A stretch of DNA of 64,000 nucleotides from Acidimicrobiia bacterium (lineage in GTDB: Bacteria; Actinomycetota; Acidimicrobiia; Spongiisociales; Spongiisociaceae): positions 32,001-96,000 of the forward strand of contig JBFGLM010000001.1 in NCBI GenBank assembly GCA_041576165.1. Reading direction: 5' to 3'. The first letter of the stretch is position 1. Each line of letters begins with the position of its first letter. A program made the position numbers and the translations under genes. This document shows positions 49,712 to 58,415 of the stretch, piece after piece. The notes under the pieces are model-generated. The model was not told the origin of the DNA. It saw nothing but the letters and a program-made list of their open reading frames with translations, and searched no databases.

Positions 49712-50833
49712 TCAACGGGCCGGAATGACTCGTACGACGTGCACGTCGTGGGCGTCCACCCGGGTCGAATATGACGTCCGCGTGCCAGAGCGCTGCTCGC
49801 CCGTTGTCACGTTGTGCACGACGGCCGAGGCTCCAACGTCCAATCCGAGGTGCTCCCAGCCAATCGTGAGCAGGGCACCGTCGGTTTCGCTGGTGTTGAA
49901 GAATCCTGCAGCCCAACTCCCGTCGCCCAGCGCCTTGACCCACACCTGGCCGTGGCCATGCCCCAGCGCCGGGATGCGAAATCCCTGGCGGCCGAGCGGG
50001 TCCTGGTTGATTGCGACCAGATCCGGATCGGTCAGCAGGCCCAGGGTGAACTCATCCATCGCCCGCACATCGCATCCGATCATGAGGGGCGCGGCCAGCA
50101 CACACCACAACGCAAAGTGAGATCGGTACTCTGCGTCGCTCAGCCCACCTCGCCCCACGTGGCCGGCGCCCCGCATCCCGACCACGAGCATGTCGGGATC
50201 GTTCCAGTGACCGGGACCGGCATAGGGGTGGAGATCTGCCTGCAACTCGAATCCGATGTGCGCCACCGACTCCCAGGAGTCGAAGATGTCTCCCGTCGTC
50301 CGCCACATATGTGCACCAATCGACGCCGCCCATTCCCACGGCCGGTTGACACCCCATTCGCAGATCGAATAGAGGATGTCGCGCCCGGACGTGCGGAGCG
50401 CCTGGCCCATACGCCGGTAGAGGCCAACAGGGTCGCCACCGGCTGCCGTGTAGCAGTAGTCGTACTTCAGGAAGTCGACACCCCATTCGGCGATTGTCGC
50501 CGCGTCGAGGTGTTCGTAGCCGTAGCTGCCCGGCAGGCCCTCGCAAGTGTGGGTGCCGGCACAGGAGTAGATGCCGAACAGGAGGTCGCGAGCGTGAACC
50601 TCGTTGGCGAGCTCGGAGATGCCCATGGAGAATCGATCCGGGTCAGGGGTGAGACGCCCGTCGACTCGTGCGGGAGCCATCCATGCGTCGTCGACGACCA
50701 GATACCGGTAGCCGGCTTCACGCAGCCCGGTCTCGACCAGGGCATCGGCCGTCTCGAGAATCAGCTCCTGGTCGATGTTGGGACCAAAGGTGTTCCAGCT
50801 GTTCCAGCCCATGGGCGGGGTCGCGGCAAGCAC
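49712..50833 (-). CDS. Alpha-galactosidase (GH27)
   Basis: TPPMGWNSWN, DDAW, FGIYS, WGVDFLKYDYC, WRTTGDI, WNDPDML; GTG 50833 with GGAG Shine-Dalgarno. Confidence 0.94.
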   Translation of the reverse strand: MLAATPPMGWNSWNTFGPNIDQELILETADALVETGLREAGYRYLVVDDAWMAPARVDGRLTPDPDRFSMGISELANEVHARDLLFGIYSCAGTHTCEGLPGSYGYEHLDAATIAEWGVDFLKYDYCYTAAGGDPVGLYRRMGQALRTSGRDILYSICEWGVNRPWEWAASIGAHMWRTTGDIFDSWESVAHIGFELQADLHPYAGPGHWNDPDMLVVGMRGAGHVGRGGLSDAEYRSHFALWCVLAAPLMIGCDVRAMDEFTLGLLTDPDLVAINQDPLGRQGFRIPALGHGHGQVWVKALGDGSWAAGFFNTSETDGALLTIGWEHLGLDVGASAVVHNVTTGEQRSGTRTSYSTRVDAHDVHVVRVIPAR

Positions 50834-51064
50834 GTTGTTTCTCCGTTGACTGCTCGAAACGCCCCGCCGCGTCGCCAGAGGGGGCAAGGTGGCTTTCACC
50901 TGGTCAAACGCGCGAAGGGCATCAACCTTGACGCACGGCTTCGACCGTAGCCCAGCGCCGGCGACACGGTCAAGGCAAGGACAAGGCGGCGAGTCCGCTC
51001 GTGTCCCGCCCGTTATGCTCGCCGCCGAGCCGGAGGTAACGCGGGAATGAATCCCTGCTGAAAC

Positions 51065-52177
51065 ATGCGTGATCACGTCGCACGGATCTTCCGCGATCGG
51101 TTCGGCGGTACGCCGGACCTGGTCGTGCGCTCGCCCGGGCGGGTGAACCTGATCGGCGACCACACCGATTACAACGATGGGTTCGTCCTGCCGATGGCAA
51201 TCGATCAAGCCACCTGGCTGGCCGCCCGCTCCCGAAACGATCGCCGCATATCGCTCCAATCGGAGAAGCTCGGCAGCGCCGAGTTGAGCCTCGACGAACA
51301 CGCCCCGACCGGCACCTGGTCGGACTACGTGCAAGGTGTTCTGTGGTCATTGGAGCTGCCGCTCGACCGCGGCTTCGACGCGGTCATCGCTACGAGCGTT
51401 CCTGTGGGCGCCGGGCTGTCGTCGTCGGCCTCCCTCGAGCTGGCCGTCGCTCGACTCACCGTCGAGCTCGCCGGTGGCGGCTGGGATCCGGTCGCAGCCG
51501 CCCTGGCGTGTCAACACGCAGAAAACGAATTTGTCGGGATGCCCTGCGGCATCATGGATCAGCTCATCGTCGCATCTGGCATCGCCGGCGCCGCACTCCT
51601 GATCGACTGCCGAACGCTCGAAACGAACCCGGCGCCCCTTCCCCATGAGGTGACCGCAGTGATTCTCGACACAGGCACTCGCCGCCGGCTCGTCGACTCC
51701 GAATACCAAAGCCGCCGCGCGGCGTGCGACAGGGTGGCTGCAGCTGTCGGGGCGCCCGCCCTGCGCGACGTCAGCCTCGACCAACTGGATGCCGTCCGCC
51801 TCGACGAGAATGACCGGCGCCGGGCGCGCCACGTGGTCACGGAGAACGACCGCACGGTGCGAGCCGCCGCCGCCATGGCCTCCGGCGATGTCGCCGGGAT
51901 GGGCCGGCTGATGAACGAGAGTCACGCCAGCCTGCGCAACGACTACGAGACATCGAGTCCGGCGCTGGACGCGATCGTCGAGATCGCCCGCGGTCACCCT
52001 GCCTGCGTCGGCGCCCGGGTCACCGGGGCCGGGTTCGCCGGTTGCGCCGTTGCCCTCGTCCGTTCGGAACGAGTTGGGGATTTCACCACCGCCGTCGGGC
52101 CCGGCTACGACGCAGCCACCGGCAACACGTCGGCGCTGTATCCCACATCCGCCGCCGCCGGGGTCTGCCTGGCCTGA
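51065..52177 (+). CDS. galK: Galactokinase
   Basis: PGRVNLIGDHTDYNDG, PVGAGLSSSA, CGIMDQ, GARVTGAGFAGC. Confidence 0.96.
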   Translation: MRDHVARIFRDRFGGTPDLVVRSPGRVNLIGDHTDYNDGFVLPMAIDQATWLAARSRNDRRISLQSEKLGSAELSLDEHAPTGTWSDYVQGVLWSLELPLDRGFDAVIATSVPVGAGLSSSASLELAVARLTVELAGGGWDPVAAALACQHAENEFVGMPCGIMDQLIVASGIAGAALLIDCRTLETNPAPLPHEVTAVILDTGTRRRLVDSEYQSRRAACDRVAAAVGAPALRDVSLDQLDAVRLDENDRRRARHVVTENDRTVRAAAAMASGDVAGMGRLMNESHASLRNDYETSSPALDAIVEIARGHPACVGARVTGAGFAGCAVALVRSERVGDFTTAVGPGYDAATGNTSALYPTSAAAGVCLA

Positions 52178-52252
52178 TGGACGCGCCAACGCCGGTTGCT
52201 GCCCGCCGAAATCGGCCGGGTCCGCGGCCCCGACTCGCATACCATCAACCGG

Positions 52253-54046
52253 ATGGACGCGCTCCGCCCCCGGGATCTGTTGACCGAAGGCACCCAGCTG
52301 GTGCGGCTTCTCGTGCGCGGGCATCCGGTGGCTTTCGCCACCGCTGTTTTCGGCGCCGCCTTGTTCGTTTCGGCCATCGTTGCGTCTGCGGTCGTCATAG
52401 GACGCGTCACCGAAGAGTTGGTCATCCCGGTGCTCGACTTCGGAGCGCCGAGTCGGGGACGGGTGGCAGGAGCATTGCTCGCGATCGTCGGAGTAGCCCT
52501 GTGGAAGGCGACCGGTATCGTCGTGCGCCGGATCGGCGCCGGGTACCTCCAGTACCGATCGCGTATCGACCTGCGGCGCCGGATGCTCGACCATCAGCTC
52601 CGGCTGGAGGCTGCCTGGTTTGATCAGCAGGCCGTAGGTGAGCTGCTATCGATCTCAGAGAACGACACCGCCAAGGCCACGTTCATCCTCGCGCCGCTTC
52701 CGTACGCCACCGGCACCATCTTTCTCGTCTTGGGGACGCTGGTGCTGCTGTTCGTGTTCGACCCGATGATCGGAGCGATCGCACTTACGGGGGCGGCGGC
52801 GACGATCCTCGGCGACTTCTGGGGGATGTGGAAGACCTTCTCGGCGTTCCAGGAGGTGCTCCAGCTTCGGGGCGAGGTGAGCGCCGTGGCACACGAATCG
52901 TTCGACGGCGCATTGACCGTCAAGGCGCTGGGCCGGGAACGGCATGAGACCGACCGCCTGGCGGCGGTGTCGAACCAACTCCGGGATCAGTTCATCGTCG
53001 TCACACGTTTGTTCGGGACCTACCGCAGCGTCGTTGAGGCCCTCACACCGCTCACCACCATCGTCGTGCTGTGGGTGGGCACCATCCGCACAACGTCCGG
53101 AGCCATTTCGGTCGGAGACCTGGTCACGGCCGTATACCTGCTGGCATTGCTGGCCCTCCCGATCCGCATCCTCGGTTATGTGATGTGGGATCTGACCGAG
53201 AGCACGGCCGCCTGGCGACGGGTTTCCCGGATCCTGACCGCCGACCAGTTTGTGTCACACGGCGACGAGCAAGCACGAACGGATGACGACGGCGCAGAAC
53301 TGGACGCGTCGGCCGTGAGTTTTTCCTATCCGAACGCCGAACCGGTGCTCGTCGACGTCGAATTCTCCGTTGATCCGGGCAGCACCGTCGCGATCGTGGG
53401 CCCGACCGGCTCGGGCAAATCGACGGTCGCGATGTTGCTCGCCCGCCTGTGGGACCCGGCCACCGGGGCGGTACGTATGGACGGCCGTGACCTGCGGCAG
53501 CTAGCCCGGGGAGCGCTGCCGTCCGAGCTCGCCTATGTTGCGCAAGAGGTCTTTCTGTTCGACGACACCGTGCGGGCCAACATCAGGCTCGGAGCGCCCC
53601 TGTCGGAATCCGAGGTCCAAAACGCGGCCCGGATGGCGGGAGCCCATGACTTCATCAGCGAGCTCCCCGACGGATATGCCACGCTGATAGGCGAGCGCGG
53701 TGCGACGCTCTCGGGGGGCCAGCGCCAGCGAATCGCACTAGCCCGAGCGCTCGCTCGCCGCCCCCGCCTTCTGATCCTGGACGATGCCACCTCGGCGATC
53801 GACCCCTCGGTCGAGGCCCAGATCCTCCAGCGTCTGCGCTCGGCCGAGCTGCCATCGAGCATCGTGATCATCGCCTACCGGCCCTCCAGCGTTGCGCTCG
53901 CCGACGAAGTCATCTACGTCGAGGAGGGCCGGGTCAAGGCGCAGGGCAAACACGATGACCTGCTGAACCGGGAGCCGGGGTACGCCGATTTGCTACGCGC
54001 CTACGAGCACGACGCCGGACGCGGTGGGGGTGGTGAGGGGGGATGA
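52253..54046 (+). CDS. ABC exporter subunit (TMD+NBD) with degenerate catalytic residues
   Basis: GPTGSGKS, LSGGQRQR; Walker B ILDDAT (D for E); switch IAYR (Y for H). Confidence 0.92.
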   Translation: MDALRPRDLLTEGTQLVRLLVRGHPVAFATAVFGAALFVSAIVASAVVIGRVTEELVIPVLDFGAPSRGRVAGALLAIVGVALWKATGIVVRRIGAGYLQYRSRIDLRRRMLDHQLRLEAAWFDQQAVGELLSISENDTAKATFILAPLPYATGTIFLVLGTLVLLFVFDPMIGAIALTGAAATILGDFWGMWKTFSAFQEVLQLRGEVSAVAHESFDGALTVKALGRERHETDRLAAVSNQLRDQFIVVTRLFGTYRSVVEALTPLTTIVVLWVGTIRTTSGAISVGDLVTAVYLLALLALPIRILGYVMWDLTESTAAWRRVSRILTADQFVSHGDEQARTDDDGAELDASAVSFSYPNAEPVLVDVEFSVDPGSTVAIVGPTGSGKSTVAMLLARLWDPATGAVRMDGRDLRQLARGALPSELAYVAQEVFLFDDTVRANIRLGAPLSESEVQNAARMAGAHDFISELPDGYATLIGERGATLSGGQRQRIALARALARRPRLLILDDATSAIDPSVEAQILQRLRSAELPSSIVIIAYRPSSVALADEVIYVEEGRVKAQGKHDDLLNREPGYADLLRAYEHDAGRGGGGEGG

Positions 54047-55809
54047 CCGCGACGCCCATCAAGACCTTCGAGAGCCTACGTCGCGCTTTTGTGCGAGTGC
54101 CGGCACTGTCGCAGGGGTTCCGCCTGACGCTGCTTGCCGCCCTGGTATCGACCGCGGTTCAGGTAGCAGTTCCGATTGCGGTGCAACAGATCATCGACAA
54201 CCAAATCCTCTCCGCAGAGGGGCTCAACCTGGCCGAGGTCGGGCGGCTCAGCCGCCAGGCCATATTCGTTGTCCTGGCCGGCATCGTGGCTCGGCGGCTC
54301 ACGATCGTTCGGCTCGGAACGGCATCAGCCCGCGGGCTTTCCGACCTGAGAATCCGCACATTCGGCCACCTCCACCAACGATCCGTGCTGCACGTGCAGG
54401 CCGAGCGCCGCGGTTCGCTGGTGTCGCGGGTTACGTCGGATGTCGCCACTATCCAAGACTTCATGGACTGGGGTGGGCTTGGCGCGATCACCGGCGGCGC
54501 CCAGCTGCTGGTGGCATTGGCCGTCATGGTGATCTACGACTGGCGCCTCGCTTCGTTCGTGCTGGGTGCCGTCGGGCTCTACGCAAGCTTGCTTTGGTGG
54601 TTCCAGGGGATTCTGCAACGAGCGCACGACGAAGTGCGCCAACGAGTGGCGGATTCAATGTCGCGGCTGGGTGAGGCGATCGCCGGCGTGATGGTCGTAC
54701 GGGCGTACGGCGCAGAAGAGGCGGCTTCCGGCCGCACCGACGTCTCCTTCCAGGCCCAATTCGAGGCCGAGTACAGGACGGCCAAGCTGGGAGCCGCTCT
54801 GTTCTCGACCGCAGACATCTTTGCAGGCTTCATCACGGCCGGGGTTGTCGGGTTTGGCATCCTGCTGGGCGACATGTCGGCCGGGACGCTCCTCGCCTTC
54901 CTCTTCCTGGCGACCCTGCTGGTGGAGCCGGTCCAAATGCTGGTCGAGGTGCTCGAGGTGGCGCAGTCGGCCGGAGCCGGCCTGCGGAGAATCCTCGAGG
55001 TGCTCGACACGGAAATCGACATACCCGACCCGGCCGACACCCGCCGCGAGCTGCCCAGAGGTCCGTTGACCGTCGAGTTCGCGGGAGTCGGCTTCTCCTA
55101 CCGGCCGGGCCAACCGGTGCTCCTGGATGTGTCGGTGGAGATTGACGCCGGTCGGCGTGTCGCCATCGTCGGTGAAACCGGCTCGGGCAAGACGACGTTC
55201 GCCAAACTCGCAGCACGACTGCTCGACCCGAGCGAGGGCACAATCGCGATCGGTGGCATCCCCATCAAGGAGGTGCCCTTCTCCAGCCTGCGGCGGCGGG
55301 TCGGCTTTGTCCCCCAAGAGGCGTTCCTGTTCAACATGACCATCGCCGACAATGTGCGGTACGGGCGGCCCGACGCCAACTACAGCGAGGTGCGTTCCGC
55401 GTTCGAGGACCTCGGGCTACACGAATGGCTGGATGACCTGCCGCAGGGCCTGGCGACTCCTGTCGGTGAAGGCGGCGGCCAGCTGTCGGCCGGCGAACGG
55501 CAGCTCGTAGCACTCGCCCGGGCGTGGATCACCAACCCCCACCTGCTGATCTTGGACGAGGCGACGTCGGCGGTCGACCCGGCGCTGGAGGTCCGGCTGC
55601 GCCGGGCGATTGCCCTGCTGGCCGAGGGCCGCACCTCCATCACCATCGCTCATCGGCTGTCGACCGCCGAGGCGAGCGACGAGATCCTGGTCTTCGACCG
55701 AGGCCGGCTCGTCGAGCGCGGCACCCACCCTGTGCTGCTGGCAGCCGGCGGCGTGTATCGCGCACTACACGCCGATTGGTCTTCCGGCATCAAGGGTGAT
55801 GTTGGATGA
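54043..55809 (+). CDS. ABC exporter subunit (TMD+NBD), partner in the heterodimer
   Basis: GETGSGKT, LSAGERQ, ILDEAT, IAHR; ATGA coupling. Confidence 0.92.
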   Translation: MTATPIKTFESLRRAFVRVPALSQGFRLTLLAALVSTAVQVAVPIAVQQIIDNQILSAEGLNLAEVGRLSRQAIFVVLAGIVARRLTIVRLGTASARGLSDLRIRTFGHLHQRSVLHVQAERRGSLVSRVTSDVATIQDFMDWGGLGAITGGAQLLVALAVMVIYDWRLASFVLGAVGLYASLLWWFQGILQRAHDEVRQRVADSMSRLGEAIAGVMVVRAYGAEEAASGRTDVSFQAQFEAEYRTAKLGAALFSTADIFAGFITAGVVGFGILLGDMSAGTLLAFLFLATLLVEPVQMLVEVLEVAQSAGAGLRRILEVLDTEIDIPDPADTRRELPRGPLTVEFAGVGFSYRPGQPVLLDVSVEIDAGRRVAIVGETGSGKTTFAKLAARLLDPSEGTIAIGGIPIKEVPFSSLRRRVGFVPQEAFLFNMTIADNVRYGRPDANYSEVRSAFEDLGLHEWLDDLPQGLATPVGEGGGQLSAGERQLVALARAWITNPHLLILDEATSAVDPALEVRLRRAIALLAEGRTSITIAHRLSTAEASDEILVFDRGRLVERGTHPVLLAAGGVYRALHADWSSGIKGDVG

Positions 55810-55874
55810 CCGCGGCGGGGCAGGAGGGTGAGTCAGCGGCTCCTGGAGCCGGCGGGTGTGCGATCAGTGGCGTG

Positions 55875-56264
55875 TCACGTCGCAGGAGCGAAGAGGTCTA
55901 CCGGGTTGCCGTCGGGGTCGAGCACGGTGGCGTAGCGCTGGCCCCAAAAGGCGTCGAATGGGGTCTTGACGGATTCATGGCCGGCTGCGATGACCTGGTG
56001 GTAGATCCGATCGACAGACAGAGCGTCCCTACACATGAAGGCCAGGGTGACACGGCCGTTCCCGTCACCCGGCTGCCAGGCCGGGTTGACCGATGCGATC
56101 AACTCTTCGGTATCAAACATGATCCGAAGCCCATTGCCGATCTCGGCTTCGACGTGAGATTCGGCCTCGGCGCCGGGCGGTATGTCAAGTCCTACCATGC
56201 GGTAAAAGTCGAGCGTCGCAGCCATGTCCGCCACCACTACACCGACGGCGTCGAGTGTCGCCAC
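55875..56264 (-). CDS. VOC/glyoxalase family protein
   Basis: LDFYR..G, DAFWGQRYATVLDPDGN; GTG 56264 with GGAGGG Shine-Dalgarno. Confidence 0.88.
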   Translation of the reverse strand: MATLDAVGVVVADMAATLDFYRMVGLDIPPGAEAESHVEAEIGNGLRIMFDTEELIASVNPAWQPGDGNGRVTLAFMCRDALSVDRIYHQVIAAGHESVKTPFDAFWGQRYATVLDPDGNPVDLFAPAT

Positions 56265-56398
56265 CCTTCCCTCCCTCATTGCTCGGGGCGATTCTGCCAA
56301 AACCCGGGGTGTGAACGCCGCGTTCGGTCCCACGGGCGCCCGACTCACTAGTCGGGTCGGCCTCTAGCATATGCCGTCGCACCACCAGGAGGACGTCG

Positions 56399-57076
56399 AT
56401 GCAGGCAGTCGAGTTCATCTACGTCGGGGACGTGATGTGCTCCTGGTGCTGGGGTTTTGCCCCCACCATCCAGGGTTTGGGCCGACACTTCACCGTTCCG
56501 ATCCGGCTTGTGAACGGCGGCCTGCGGCCCGGCCCGGAGGCAGAGAAGCTGGACGACGGCATGCGTTCCATGTTGCGACACCACTGGACCCAGGTGGCAT
56601 CGGTTTCGGGACAGCCGTTCGATCTGACTTTCCTCGACCGCGAGGACGGGTGGGTCTACGACACCGAACTGCCCGCAATGGCGATGGTGACTGTGAGAGA
56701 AATGGTGCCCGATCTGACATTGCCCGTATTCGAGCGCCTCCAGCGGGCCTTCTATGCCGACGGGTTCGACCTCACCGATCCCGCGGAATACCCCCGGCTG
56801 ATTGATTCGTTCGAACTCGATTCCGCAGTGTTCTTGGCGACGTTTGCGAGCGAATCGGCCCGCTGGAAAGCGTGGGAAGATTTCGAAGAAGCTCGCAGCA
56901 TGGGCGTCGCCGGATTCCCCACGCTGTTACTCAGGACGGACGGCAAGCTGGCGGTCGTCACCCGCGGCTACGCCCCACTGGAGCGCATCGCACCGGCCGT
57001 CGAGGCCTATCTGCACGACGAGCTGGGGCCCCCCGCTGCGGGCTTGGTGTGCGCAATCGACGACCCGAACTGCTGA
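56399..57076 (+). CDS. DsbA-family thioredoxin-fold protein
   Basis: DVMCSWCWGF, GVAGFPTL; AGGAGG Shine-Dalgarno. Confidence 0.9.
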   Translation: MQAVEFIYVGDVMCSWCWGFAPTIQGLGRHFTVPIRLVNGGLRPGPEAEKLDDGMRSMLRHHWTQVASVSGQPFDLTFLDREDGWVYDTELPAMAMVTVREMVPDLTLPVFERLQRAFYADGFDLTDPAEYPRLIDSFELDSAVFLATFASESARWKAWEDFEEARSMGVAGFPTLLLRTDGKLAVVTRGYAPLERIAPAVEAYLHDELGPPAAGLVCAIDDPNC

Positions 57077-57192
57077 CAATCCTGGGGCCGGCACCGGGCG
57101 CAGCGACACCCAGATGAACGCGGTTGAAGCGGCAGGACGGACAGCTGCTGGTGATGAAGCTGTCCGGTTCCGAGAAGCGAGCAGAAGAGGCC

Positions 57193-57226
57193 CCCCGGTC
57201 GGAGCATGCTCCGACCGGGGCCTTTT
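57193..57226 (+). terminator. Perfect 28-bp palindrome followed by CCTTTT, probable intrinsic terminator
   Basis: CCCCGGTCGGAGCA/TGCTCCGACCGGGG then CCTTTT, downstream of the DsbA gene. Confidence 0.65.
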
Positions 57227-57322
57227 CACGTTGGAGGGACTGAGATCTGGAAAGAATGTTCAAAATCTCGGAACTTCCTCCCTCCGCCACCGTCTGATCA
57301 GCGCCGGAGAGGGCCGGGGAGG

Positions 57323-57532
57323 TTATCCCCCCCAATCTCCCCGGGCTGATCCGGCGCCTTTCCTCCTCGAGGAGGGGCGGCTTGGCCGCCCCTCCTCGAC
57401 GTACTGGGCTCGGAGGACGATCAGCGATTGATCACGCGCGCCCTGCTCGTCTCGGCGGTCCCGACGGGCCACGAGGCCCAACAGCAGCCAGACCAGTCCG
57501 TTGAGGACGACGGTCACCGCCAACCAGGTCAT
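57323..57532 (-). CDS. Putative small single-TM protein coupled to the OsmC gene
   Basis: ATGA overlap with the OsmC stop; N-terminal hydrophobic helix followed by Arg residues; 3' half runs through hairpins. Confidence 0.4.
   Translation of the reverse strand: MTWLAVTVVLNGLVWLLLGLVARRDRRDEQGARDQSLIVLRAQYVEEGRPSRPSSRRKGAGSARGDWGG
57367..57399. terminator. 15-bp GC-rich hairpin, probable terminator of the minus-strand OsmC transcript
   Basis: TCGAGGAGGGGCGGC-TTG-GCCGCCCCTCCTCGA. Confidence 0.55.
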
Positions 57533-58047
57533 GCCAGATCGATGTCGACCGGTACCGCCCGGGTGAGGGTGTGTCCCACCGGTGACGTCGCCACCACCTT
57601 GCGGTGGATCTCAGCCAACGCGGCCTCGTCTGCCTCCGCATCCAGATGGACGGCTACCCGGATCTGCTCGTAGCCGGCGTTGCCATCACCCAGTCCGAGG
57701 AACGTGTGCAAATCCACGTCGCCCTCGAGGTCTATACGAAGATCGTTGATGGCAATACCCGCGGCCGTCAGGTTGGCGGCGTATCCGACCGCCAGGCAAT
57801 TCCCCAGCGCTGCGAGCAGCTGCTCGACCGGGTTGGGGGCGGTGTCGGATCCTCCGAGACCGGTCGGCTCATCCGACTGGGCCGGCGGGAACTCGCGTAT
57901 TCGACCTCGGGACCGGAACCCACCATCCCAGGTCACGGTCGCGGCCCACCTGGTATCGGCCTTGCCCGGTTCCCGGCGAATCGCCTCGACCAGGGAGCCG
58001 ACCGCCTCGATGTCGACATCGTTCAAATGGGTGGAAGTAGTGGTCAT
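57529..58047 (-). CDS. OsmC/Ohr-like protein with a single conserved Cys
   Basis: DEPTGLGGSDTAPNPVEQLLAALGNC..TSPVGHTL; GAAAGGA Shine-Dalgarno. Confidence 0.88.
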   Translation of the reverse strand: MTTTSTHLNDVDIEAVGSLVEAIRREPGKADTRWAATVTWDGGFRSRGRIREFPPAQSDEPTGLGGSDTAPNPVEQLLAALGNCLAVGYAANLTAAGIAINDLRIDLEGDVDLHTFLGLGDGNAGYEQIRVAVHLDAEADEAALAEIHRKVVATSPVGHTLTRAVPVDIDLA

Positions 58048-58129
58048 TCATATCCTTTCTCCGGCCGGACGCCCCGCGACAGACCGCAGGTCGAACAATG
58101 GGTGCTCCCGGGTGCCGACGTCCGGCTGG

Positions 58130-58210
58130 TCAGGGCCTTGTGATCACCCGGGAGCGCGGACAGCGAGCGCGGCCGAACGTTCGGTGGGTGGTTCTCCAGG
58201 GCTCATACAT
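58130..58210 (-). CDS. Putative 26-aa leader peptide (MYEPWRTTHRTFGRARCPRSRVITRP)
   Basis: GGAGG 7 nt before ATG 58210, directly downstream of the riboswitch expression platform. Confidence 0.5.
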   Translation of the reverse strand: MYEPWRTTHRTFGRARCPRSRVITRP

Positions 58211-58276
58211 ACGCGATCCTCCGCTCGCATGGCACGCGCTCTGAGAGCGCCGCGAGCGGGAGTCCCGCCACGACCA

Positions 58277-58362
58277 CTCATCGGTCAGGCATTGGCACCC
58301 ACGCACGAATGCGTTGGTTGCCGCGGTTTCGCAGGGCCTGTCCCTCCACCGCTCTAGATGAG
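58277..58362 (-). ncRNA. SAM-I (S-box) riboswitch aptamer
   Basis: Minus strand CTCATCTAGAG-CGGTGGAGGGACAGGCCCTGCGAAACCGCGGCAACC...GGTGCCAATGCC..GATGAG matches the S-box consensus, with P1 CTCATC/GATGAG. Confidence 0.9.
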
Positions 58363-58415
58363 CGCGTTGGTTGTGAATGGGGAGCATACCCGGTTGTGGC
58401 ACACTCGGGAACCGC

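Noticed and set aside
52253-55809. Degenerate Walker B and switch His in the first ABC subunit
   Set aside because: Normal asymmetry of heterodimeric ABC exporters; neither a pseudogene nor novel
57065-57076. DsbA ends in Cys followed by TGA (possible CU selenoprotein tail)
   Set aside because: No convincing SECIS at the expected distance and the read-through frame does not look protein-like
57138-57166. GGTGATGA loop resembling a hammerhead ribozyme core
   Set aside because: Lacks the CUGANGA and GAAA core in a three-stem arrangement
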